Source: the human T2T-CHM13v2.0 reference genome, Homo sapiens. From it: a DNA stretch of 64,000 bases. The notes under the pieces are model-generated. The model had not been told where the DNA came from. It saw only the letters and a list, made by a program, of their open reading frames with translations, and did not search any database. This document shows positions 12,461 through 23,531 of this stretch, in pieces (positions within the stretch are counted from its first letter, which is position 1; every line of letters begins with the position of its first letter). The stretch lies in assembly GCF_009914755.1 (NCBI RefSeq), contig NC_060929.1; one strand, written 5' to 3'. The position numbers were made by a program, and so were the translations under genes.

Positions 12461-13086
12461 GGCTGTGATTGCATCTGGTTATTCTGGGGGTGGAATTGCT
12501 GTGGAACATGGAATTAAAGTGCAGGTTCCGGGTCTTGCTGCCAGGGAGCGACTCTGGCCCCCCATCACATGCCTGTGACCCAGAGAACGGCAGGTGAGCC
12601 TTGCGGCCTCACTGTTGCCACTGGTCAGGTGCTGATGAGGACGGGAAGCCAAATGGGGCTGTTCAGCCCTAGGCAGAGCTGCTTGGAGCACATTCTTAAT
12701 ACGCCAGCCATCGCTACCTCAGTTCCACAGCCGATATTAGGGAAGAAAGATGCGGGGACACGGCAACAGGACAGCGTGCTGGGCAGAAAAGATGTGGACA
12801 GGAGCCCATGCCTGGCAGAGACACGGAGGACCAGAGAGGATGGCGTCGCAGAGCAGAGGGCCGCAGAGAAGGGAGTCACTGGTGTCTGCAGTGGAGAGGA
12901 CACACCCCTCTGGCAAGGGCAGGGGCTGAGGCCCTGGGTGTGGCTTTCAGAGGCAGTGGGCAATGAGCTCTGTAAAGCCGAGATGGCTCCAAGCAGACCA
13001 CAAGGAGCCTGGTCAGCTTCTGTCCCTGCAACTGTTTTCCCCACTGCCAGAAGTGGCTTCACTTGTGTGGATGTCCTGCACTCAGC

Positions 13087-15954
13087 CCAGGACTAGATGG
13101 ATTCACAGCCAGATTCTACCAAACATATGAAGAACTAATACCAATCCTTCTGAAACTATTCCAAGAAATCGAAGAGGGGGGATATCTCTCTAACTCATTC
13201 TATGAGGCCAGTATCACCCTCGGACCAAAACCAGACAAAGGCGCAACAAAAAAAGAAAACTCCAGATCAATATCCCTGTGAATATAGATGCAAAAATCCT
13301 CAACGAAATACCAGAAAATAGAACCCAACAGCACATCAAAAGGATAATACACCCTGATCAGGTGGGATTTATCCCAGGGACGCAAATCAATAAATGTGAC
13401 GTATCACATGAACAGAATTAAGGATAAAAACCATATGATCATTAAATAGATGCAGAAAAAGCATTTGATTAAATTCAGCCTCTCTTCATGATAAAAATTC
13501 TCAACAAATGAGGCATAGAAGGAACATGCATCAACATAATAAAAGCCTCATATGACAGATCCACAGCCAACATCAGAATTAAGGGGGAAAAGTTGAAAGT
13601 ATTCCCTCTAAGAACTGGTATAAGACATAGATGCCTACTTTCACCACTCTTATGCAACACAGTACTGAAAGTCCTGGCCAGAGCAATCAGTCAAGAGAAA
13701 GAAATAAAGGGAATGCACACTGGAGAAGAAGGAGCCCAAACTATCCCTTTCTGCTGATGAAATGATATTCTATATAGAAAACCCTGAAGACTTGTATCAC
13801 TGCTGGTAAAGACATACCTGAGACTGGGTAATTTATAAACAAAAAGAGGTTTCATGGACTCACAGTTCCACATGGCTGGGGAGGCCTCACAGTCATGGTG
13901 GACGGCAAAAGGCAGATCATACACATCAGCAGGCAAGAGAGAGGGTGAAAGCCAAGTGAAAGGGGTTTCCCCTTATAAAACCGTCAGGTCTCGTGAGACT
14001 TATTCACTCCCATGAGAAAAGGATGGTGAAAACTGCCCCCATGATTCAATTGTCTCCTACCCAGTCCCTCCCACAACACATGGGAATTATGGGAGTTACA
14101 ATTCAAGATGAGATTTGGATGGGGACACAGCCAAACCATATTAAGACTCCACCAAAAAACTCTTAGATTTGATAAATTCTGTAGCATTTAAGGACACAAA
14201 ATTAATGTACAAAAATCAATAGCATTCTTATATACCAATAACAATCTGGCCAAGAACCAAATCAGGAAGGCAATCTCATTTATTATAGCTACAAAAAATT
14301 ACCTAGATATGTATTTAACCAAGGAAGTGAAAGATATTTATAAGGAGAACTACAAAACACTGATGAAAGAAATCATACATGACAAATAGAAAAGCACCCC
14401 ATGCTCATGGATTGGAAGAATCACTACTGTTAAAAATTATCATACTGTACAAAGCAATCTACAGACCCAACACACTCTCTATCAAATTAGGAAAAAAATC
14501 CTAAAATTCACATGGAACCCAAAAAGAGCCCAACTAGCCAAAGCAATCCAAAGCTAAAAGAACAAAGTTGCAGGCATCACATTACCTGACTTCAAACTAT
14601 ACTACAAGGGTATGGTAACCAAAACAGCATGGTAGTAGTACAAAAATAGACATCTAGATTAATGGAACAGAATAGAGGACTCAGAAATAAAGACACAAAG
14701 TCAATAAAAATATACACTGAGGAAATGACACCCTTTTCAATAAATGGTGCTGGGAAAACTGTATTGGCATATGCAGCAGAATGAAACTGGACAAATACCT
14801 CTCACCATATACAAAAGTTAACTCAAGAGGGATTGAAGACCTAAACATAAGAGCAAAAACTATAAAAATCCTAGAAGAAAACTTAGGAAAAATTCTTCTG
14901 GACATTGGCCTAGGCAAAGAATTTATGAACAAGTCCTCAAGAGCAACTGCAACAAAAACAAAAATAGACAAATGGAACTTAAACTAGAAACCTTCTGCAC
15001 AGCAAAAGAAACTATCAACAGGGTAAATAGACAACCTGCAGAATGGGAAAATATTTGCAAACTATGCATCTGACAAAGGGCTAATATCCACAATCTACAA
15101 GGAACTCAAACCAAATAAGCCCATTAAAAAGTGGGCAAAGGATATGAACAGCCATTTTTACAAAGAAGACACAAAAGTGGTCAAAAAACATGAAAAAAAT
15201 GCTCAACATCACCAATTATCAGAGAAAGGCAAATTAAAATCTGAATGCAATACCATCTTAGACAAGTCAGAATGGCTATTATTAAAGTCTAAAAGTAAGA
15301 GATTTTAGTGAAGATGTGGAGAAAGGGGAATGCTGAAGTACTGTTGGTGGGAATGTAAATCAGTGTAGTCTTTCTGGAAAACAATATGGAGATTTCTCAA
15401 AGAACTAAAAATAGAACAACTATTTGGTTCAGCAACCCCACTACTCGGTATATACCCAAAGGGAAAGAATTAATTATATCAAAAACCACCTGCACTTGTA
15501 TGTTTATCACAATACTATTCACAACAGAAAAGAAAATGGATCAACCTAAGCGTCTATCAGTGGAGGGCTGGTTAAAGAAAATGTAGCATATATACACAAG
15601 GTAATACTACCCATCCGTAACAAAGAATGAAATCATATCTTTTGAGCAACATAGATAGAGGCCATTATCCTGAGTGAAATAACTCAGAAACAAAAAGTCA
15701 AATACCACATGTTCTCAAGTATAAGTGGGAGCTAAACAATGTGTACACATGGACATATGGAGTGGAATAAGATGACACTGGAAACTCCAAAAGATGGGAG
15801 GGTGGAAGGGGGTGAGAGTTGAAAAATTACTTCTTCAGTACAATGTTCACTATTCAGGAGATGGGTACACTAAAAGCCCAGATGTCACCACTATGCAATA
15901 TATGCGTGGAAGAAATCTGCACTTCTACCCCTTACATCTATAAACATTTTAAAA
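13087..15954 (+). mobile_element. 5'-truncated LINE-1 (L1PB3/4-like), ORF2 3' half
   Basis: [52 protein letters not shown], and a typical L1PB 3'UTR. Confidence 0.88.
13793..14143. mobile_element. THE1-type MaLR solo LTR inserted in the L1
   Basis: ...gagactgggtaatttata...ggggacacagccaaaccatatta; 5-bp TSD AGACT at 13788-13792 and 14144-14148. Confidence 0.88.
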
Positions 15955-17530
15955 CTCTGTTCTTAAATAACTGCATCTCAGAATAAGATTTTATCTTATC
16001 TGCCTCCCTGAATAAGGTTTACCCAGGTGTGGATTTCTTCTTTTTATTTATGCAGCTCGTCATAAATCAACTCTTCATATACCTGTGGATTCATGTCTTT
16101 TGTCAGTTCTGTGAAATCCTCAGGAATATTTATAGGACTACAGAAATATCCAACACCAGAGAAGACAACAATTTTTGACAACCAATCAGAAATATTAGGC
16201 ACACAAACAAGTGGGAAAATAGGAGCCATAAGGAGGCAAATGAGTCTATTAAAACTGATCCAGAACGGACACAAGGGCATTAAACAATATCAAAACTACA
16301 TTCCACGTATTGTAAAAGCTAATTTGAGGCACGGAAGATATAACAACACTCTGGATCACTGTTCTAGAGGTGAAAGCTAGAATGTATAAAATGAGAACTG
16401 CACTGCATGGGATTAATGGCAGATTAGATGTTAAAGAAGAAAAGATTATTCATTGTGAAACCATGGCAATATAAACTATCCAAAATGAAACCAAAAGCAA
16501 AGAGGATTTAAAAAAATTTAAGCCAAATTATCTGTGATCTGTGGGACAACTTCAAGTGGCTTAATATATGTTTAATTGAAGTCCCCAAAGGACAGAAGAA
16601 AACATGAGGAATGAGGGTAGTGCATTAAAAAAGATGTTTGGAAAAATAATGACAACATTTTTTTCCAAATTCGATGTAAACTAGTAACCTACAGATGCAA
16701 GAAGTTCAATGTACCTCAAGCACAAGTACCATTGAAGAAAATTACATCATGTCTCATTATAATCAAATCGCTCAATCCCAGTGATAAATAGAAATTTTAA
16801 AAGCAGACAGGAAAAAATGTCAGACAAAGTATGTAAAGGGGAACACTGGTCCATCCCATAGAAGTTATTTGAGACTTGTTGAGGCTAGTAAGCAGTGTTT
16901 TGGGCAATATTCCTTGTGTGCCTAAGGAGAATGCACATTTTCTATTAATAAATGAGCTTGCAGTTCCACAGATATCCCATAATTCAAGCCTGTTAATGGT
17001 GTTGTCCAAATCTATGTTTTTATTATTTTAAAAATATGATTGACCTGACAGTAATTGAGAGTTGCATTGAAAACTTCCACAAGTCACGGTGAATTTTAAA
17101 AAATTATTCCCTGTGGGCTCTGTGTTTGCTTTATGCATTTTCCCTCAATAAATACATCTTTTTTGAAGTCCCATTAGTGTAGGATTGTTGGTGGTAAACT
17201 TGGCTTTGATTTATCTGGAAATGTGATTAATTTGCTCTTTTTCCTAAAGATAGTGTTGCTGGGTACATAATTCCAGATCAAAAGTTGTTTTTTTTTTTTT
17301 GTCACACTTTGTATTATTTATCTATCTACTGTTCTTATGATTAATACATCTGCTGTCGAACTGCTTTTCTTCTGTGGATGATTTGTTGTTTCTTTCTGGT
17401 TTTTAAAGTTAGATTTTCTTTTGTGTTCCACCTTACCCTACAATGTATTTAGGCCTGGATTTCTTATTTTTATTCGTGCAGCTTGTCATGAATTACTCCT
17501 CATATACCTGTGGATTCAGGTCTTTTGTCA

Positions 17531-19650
17531 GAAATTACCCAGGTTCAGGTGTTTCTTTATAGCAATGCAAAAATGGGTTCATTCAGAAAATTGGCACTGA
17601 GGAGCAGGACACTGCTATAAAGATACCTGAAAATGTGGTAGTAGCTTTGGAAGTGGGTAATGAGCAGAGGTTGGAAGACTTTAGAGGGCTCAGAAGAAGA
17701 CAGAAAGATGAGAGAAAGTTTGGAACTTAGTGACTTATTAAGTGGTTGGAACCAAAATGCAGATAGAAATATGGATAATGAAGGCCAGGCTGACAAGATC
17801 TCAGATGGAAACGAGGAAGTTATTGGGAACTGGAGCAAAGGTCACCCTTGTGTGCCTTAGCAAAGAGCTTGGCTACATTGTATTTGTGTCCTAGTGATCT
17901 GTGGAAGTTTGAACTTAAGAATGGTAACCTAGCGCATCTGGCAGAAGATATTTCTAAGCAGCTAAACATTCAAGAGGTGACATGGCTGCTTCTAACAACC
18001 TATGATCAGATAGGGGAGCAAATGAATGACTTAAAGTTGGAATTTATACCAAAAGGAAGCAGGCTGTAAAAGTTTGGAAAATTTGCAGCTTAGCCATGTG
18101 GTAGAGAAAGAAAAAAATGTTTTCAGGAGAGGAATCCAAACAGGCTGCAGAACAACCACTTACTAGAGAGATTTGCATGGCTAAAAGGGAGCCAAGTGCT
18201 AATATCCAAGACAATGGGAAAAAGATCTTGAAGACATTTCAAAGATCTCCGAAGCAGCCCCTCCCATCAGAGGCCCAGAGGCCTAGGAGAAAAGAATGGC
18301 TTAATGGGCCAGGACTAGGACCCTGATGCCCTGTGCAGCCTCGGGACACTGGTCCCTGTATCCCAACTTCTTCAGCTACAGTGGTGGTTCAACAGTCTCC
18401 AGGTACAGTGTGGACTGCTGCTCTAGAGGGCAAGCCTTGCTGGCTTCCAAGTGGTGTGAAATCTGCAGGAACACAGAACACAAGAGTGAAGGGGCATTGG
18501 CAGCTTCCCCCTAGATTACAGAGGATGTGTTGGAAAACCTGGGTGCCCAGGCAGAAGCCTGCTGCAGCAGCAGAGCCCTCACAGAGATACCCTATGAGGG
18601 CAATGCTGAGAGGAGAGGTAGGGTTGGAGCCCCACACAGACTCCCCACCAGGGCACTGCCTAGTGGAGCTGTCAGCAGAGGGCTTCTGCCCTCCAGACCC
18701 CAGAATGTTTGATCTACTGGCAGCTTGCAACCTCAGCCTGGAAAAGCCACAAGTACTCAACTCTAACCCATGAGATTGGCTGCAGGAGCCACAACCTGCA
18801 AAGCCACAGGGGTGGAGTTGTACAAGGCCCTGGGAGCCCACACCTCACACCAGTGTGCCTCATGGAGTCAGAGGAGATTATTTTGGAACTTTAAGGTTTA
18901 ATGTCTGCCCTGCTGAGTTTCAGACTTGCTTGGAGCCTGTAGCCTCTTTCTTTTGGCCAATTTCTTCCTTTTGGAATAGGTATGTTTACCCAGTGCCTGT
19001 ACCATCATTGTATCCATTGTATCTGGGAAGTAAATCACTTGTTTTTGATCTCACAGGCTCATAGGTGAAAGGAATTCATCTCCAGATGAGACTTTGGACT
19101 TGGCATTTTTGATTGAGTTGATCCTGGAATGAGTTTAGACTTTCAGGGACTATTGAGAAGGGATGATTATATGTTGCAAGGCGAGCTGGACATGAGATTT
19201 GAGGGACCAGGGATGGAATGATAAAGCTTGGAGGTTTGTCCCCTCCAAATCCCATGTTGAGATGTAATCCCCAGTGTTGGAGGTGGGGCCTGGTGGGAGG
19301 TGTTTGAATCATGGGAGCAGGTTCCTCATAAATAGTTTAGTGCCATCCCCTTGGTGATGAGTGAGTCCTTGCTCTGGTAGTTCACTTGAGATCTGGTCAT
19401 TTAAAAATGCATGGTGCTCCCTCAACCCCACCACTCTCTCTTGCTCCTGCTCTTACTACATGATGTGTTGGCTCTCACCCCATCTTCAGCCATGACGGAA
19501 GCTTCCTGAGGACTCACCAGAAGCCAAGCAGATGCCAGCACCATGCTTCCTGTACAGCCTGCACAACTGTGAGCCAGTTTAACCTGTTTTTAAATAAATT
19601 ACCCAGCCTCAGGTATTTCTTTACAGAAACACAAAAACAGCCCAATGCAC
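17531..19650 (+). mobile_element. MST-type MaLR element: truncated 5' LTR, internal region, polypurine tract and complete 3' LTR (about 19219-19650)
   Basis: The LTR end aaattacccag..tttctttatagcaatg at 17532 recurs at about 19597; MaLR-int sequence lies between; purine tract at 19201-19218. Confidence 0.85.
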
Positions 19651-19659
19651 GTAGTAACT

Positions 19660-20640
19660 TATAGATATATTTGGAAAACTGATTATCTTTTAAAAAATGA
19701 CTACTAAACAGATTAAAATGCAGAGTTCATTAAAATACAGAGGATGCCTCTGGTTCTCTGGTATTGACTCTTTTTGTCTACTAAGATAAGAAGTCTGGGC
19801 TAGGCTGAAAAACTCAGAATCCAGGTCTGGGGTTTCCCAGTACTATGCTCCCATTTCCCAGTACTGTGCTCCCATTTCCCAGTACTATGCTCCCATTTCC
19901 GAGTACTGTGAACTCCCCTTTCCCAGTACTGTGGGCTCCCATTTCCCAGTACTGTGCTCCCATTTCCCAGTACTGTGCTCCCATTTCTCAGTACTGTATG
20001 CCCATTTCCCAGTACTGTATGCCCATTTCCCAGTACTGTGCTCCCATTTCTCAGTAGTGTACTCCCATTTCTCAGTACTGTGCTCCCACTTCTCAGTACT
20101 GTGCTCCCACTTCCCAGTACTGTGCTCCCATTTCCCAATACTGTGCTCCCATTTTGCAGTGCTGTGAGCCCCCATTTCCCAGTACTGTGCTCCCATTTCC
20201 CAGTACTGTGCTCCCATTTCCTAGTACTGTGCTCCCATTTCCCAGTACTGTGCTCACAGGTGTGAGCCAACATGCCCGGCCCATCAGCTCTTAAGCAGCA
20301 AGAGGCCCTGCAGCTGGCTGGCTGGCTGGACAGCACAGTTAAGCAGGTGGCTGCATCCTCTGCAGTTGCTGGCAGCCCATCTTCCTGGAGATGTAAACCC
20401 TCCTGCAAGGCTGGCTCTTCTTTGGGTGTGATGAAGATGATGACAGAGATGGATGCTGGGCTCTGAGGGTCCTGGTTCCTTCGAAGGACATCCAGGGGCC
20501 TCTGAGATGATGGGCTCTGGTTCCTGGCCTGTAGCATGGGTAGGAGCAGGAGGCTTTGCAAGGTAGACTCTACAGGCAGGACCTTGATGGAGGGTGGGGT
20601 TTCAGGGTAGAAGACCTGGATCACAGGGGCACCTGAGCTC
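19660..20640 (-). other. ZDHHC11: ZDHHC11 terminal (3'UTR) exon; 3' end approximate
   Basis: Strong acceptor ctttgttttgtcctgcag|GAGCTC at 20641/20640. Contains the miR-150-site VNTR known from the ZDHHC11 3'UTR. No canonical AATAAA was found, so the end is uncertain. Confidence 0.75.
19833..20255. repeat. 21-bp VNTR (TTTCCCAGTACTGTGCTCCCA)x~20 in the ZDHHC11 3'UTR; miR-150 site array
   Basis: Tandem units visible directly, with three 23-bp variant units. 15 exact CTCCCA (UGGGAG on the mRNA) by manual count. Confidence 0.95.
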
Positions 20641-20985
20641 CTGCAGGACAAAACAAAGTCACTCTTTGAGCAGCCACCAGGGAGGAAGCTCAGCTCTACT
20701 TGTGATGGAAACCCACCGGTGGCTTTTACCCCAACCTGTTGCCTGGAGAGGCAGGGCTGGTTTCTGGGTGGATCATCACCTTGGCTTAGACACAGAGCCC
20801 CACTCCCAGCTGGGTCTAGTGAGAGTCCTCCCGAGCCAGGCTCCTGCCCTCCCCATCCTTCCAGAAAGCTTAGAGATGAGTGCATCACCGACAGAGGCCA
20901 TTTTCTATTGTTCTTCTTCGGAAATACATCCTTTTGAAAGATAACCCATCTTTTATCACTAGATATTTTAAAAAATATTTTCTTT

Positions 20986-21270
20986 GGCCAGGTGTGGTGG
21001 CTCACACCTGTAATCCCAGCACTTTGGGAGTCCGAGGCGGGTGGATCATGAGGTCAGGAGATCGAGACCTTCCTGGCTAATACAGTGAACCCCCGTCTCT
21101 ACTAAAAATACAAAAAATTAGCTGGGTGTGGTGGTGGGCAACTGTAGGCCCAGCTACTCAGGAAGCTGAGGCAGGAGAATGTTGTGAACCCGGGAGGCGG
21201 AGTTTGTAGTGAGCCAAGATTGGGCCACTGCACTCCAGCCTGGGTGACACAGCGAGACTCTGTCTAAATA
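20986..21270 (+). mobile_element. Alu (Y/Sc-like)
   Basis: Full dimer ggccaggtgtggtggctcac...gcgagactctgtct; tail replaced by a TG/TA microsatellite. Confidence 0.92.
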
Positions 21271-23099
21271 CATATGTGTGTGTGTGTATATATATATATA
21301 TTCTTTGTTTACGGCATTTATCAATTGAATTATGTTGTGTCTAGAATTTTATTTCCCCTTCTTGGATTCACTGGGCTTTATGAATCTGTGAGTTGGTGTC
21401 TTCTAACAATGTTGGCAAATTCTCAGCCAAATCTCCTTAAATATGACATCTTCCCAATTTTCTCTCTTTTCTCTTTCTAGGACTCTAAACATAACATAGC
21501 CTTCAAACTGTATTCTCATTCATTTTTTTCACATTTTGCGTTTCTGTCACTTTGTATCTATTTCAGTAATTTCTTCAGCTCTAGATTCTAGTTCCCTAAT
21601 TCACTTTTCAACTGTCTAATTTGTTGTTAAATCCATCCACTTTAAAAAAAATCAGTGATATTTCTCATAAGTTTTATTTGGTGTTTTTCCAAATCTGCTT
21701 TGTAATTTAAAAAATAGTTTTCTGTTCTCTTCAGATATTTCTGACTTTGTGTTTTCTTCATGTTTTGGTCTGCCAAATTCAACATCTGAAATATTTATGT
21801 GTCTGTTTCTACTACGTTTTCTGCTGCTTCTCACTCAGTGCTTTATTTTCACATGTGGTGGGTTGTTTTTCATTGAGAATTGCTTCTTTGCTTTGTAGTT
21901 TTATTTTTGAGAAATCTTTGAGGCTTAGGATGAAGGTTTGTTACTCAGAAGGAATTATGCTTGGCCCCTGGGAATGACCAGTTCAGAATCACTCTCTATT
22001 AAATTCTCAGCTTGGGGACTTTTGGTCACCCACCTCACACAAATTTAGGGAGAACCTGTTGCTCCAAATACTCGGCAGTGATTTTTCTCTTTTTCTTTCA
22101 GCTCTAGGGCTTGAAATGACTGATCCCTCCTGATTCCTTTGCGGGTAGAGAAGTGAGTTGCTTCTAGTTTGCCACTGCAATGAGGGTACCGCCCTCTGGG
22201 GGCCCTTACTTTAAGAGATTACTGATTGGCTTGCCATTTTGGCTGTGCTCTCAGCTTGATCTTCCATTTGTATCTCTTGAAAAGGTGAAAATGAAGTTGA
22301 CCAGGTTTCACAAATGCCCTCAGGGCAAAGGCCAGCTGCACTCCCCACTAGATTTCTCTTTGGGTTCCTCTGTGCCTTCAACCATGGCCTGAGAATTCCT
22401 TATGTCTCCTCAGTTCATTAATGCCTTTAAGAATATTTACACTCGCACTCACATGGACACGGACACGCGCACGCGTGCACACACACACCCTTAACTTGCT
22501 CAGTTTCGGAGCATTGTCCGATCCTTGTAAGTGACTTGCCACATGACTAGAACCTCTGGCTTCATTTCATTCCTTCTTTCTTTCCCCTCCCTTTTCCCTT
22601 TATGCCATCGGTCTGTATTCCACGATCTTTAAAATCTACCTTAAGTACTTTCTGGGATTATGTAAAAATCAGACAACTCTCCTAGCCACCATCCTTTTCT
22701 AGAGATAGGAGTGACTGACTCCTACACCACAGGCACTTTGGAGGGGTAAGGTGTAATACTGAAGAAGTGTTTTGTGTGCTCTACAGTAATTCACAACTCT
22801 AAGACGTTATCACAGCGAACATTTGCTGTTTAAAACCTTAGTGGTGAATATTTTTTTTTTTGAATGAGGCTAATTCATTTCGAAAGCACCCTAGGAAGAC
22901 CAGATGCTTTTGAAATGATTTAGACTCATTCAAAAATAATGCAAATGATAAAGAGCATGCAAATGATAAAGAATGTGACCTGAAATTATCTGCAACTTCA
23001 GCAGACAAGCTGTGGTTGGCTGAGTTTGGGCTTCTATAAAACACACTGAGCCATCTTGTTTCAGTCACTAATCAAGCTCTGCCCTGGGAGCTTGCTCTT

Positions 23100-23531
23100 T
23101 GCTGTGGTTTGGACATCTGACCCTTCCAAACCTTATGTTGAAATTTGATCTCCATTGTTGGAGATGGGGCCTCATAGGACGTGTTTGTGTCATGGGGCTG
23201 GACCCCCTATGAACAGATTAATGCCCTCCCTCTGAAGGGAGTGAGTTCATGCTCAAGTACTTCTTGCTCTAACGAACCCATGAGACCTTGTTGTCGAAAA
23301 GGGCCTGGAGCCTCCCCCAGCCCTTCGCCTCCTCTCTCTCCATGTGATCTCTGCACATGTCAGCTCCCTTCACCTTCTGCTGTTAGTGGAAGAAGGCTGA
23401 GACCCTCACCACATGCAGAGCTCAATCTTCAACTTTTCAGCCATCAGAATCATAAGCCAAATACACGATTTTTCTTTATAAATTACCCAGGCTCAAGTGT
23501 TTCTTTGTAGTAACACTGACAGACTAAGACA
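23100..23531 (+). mobile_element. MST-type MaLR solo LTR
   Basis: tgctgtggtttgga...ttctttataaattacccag...agactaagaca termini. Confidence 0.8.

Noticed and set aside
12016-12578. His/Thr-rich and Cys/Val-rich ORFs
   Set aside because: Translation of (TG)n low-complexity sequence
1-13000. Many 100-240 aa ORFs in GC-rich sequence
   Set aside because: Overlapping in all frames, low-complexity, no recognisable domains; expected in GC-rich intronic and CpG-island DNA
19950-20160. Repeated N-glycosylation sequons (NGS) in the VNTR-encoded peptide
   Set aside because: The DHHC C-terminus is cytosolic, so the sequons are unlikely to be used even if translated
19833-20255. CRISPR-like array of regularly spaced repeats
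   Set aside because: Head-to-tail tandem units with no unique spacers, no cas genes, and a eukaryotic context
19800-21005. 401-aa ORF as a standalone gene
   Set aside because: It begins inside an Alu (non-ATG start) and crosses a strong splice acceptor at 20641; only the exonic 279 codons are considered, as a hypothetical spliced isoform
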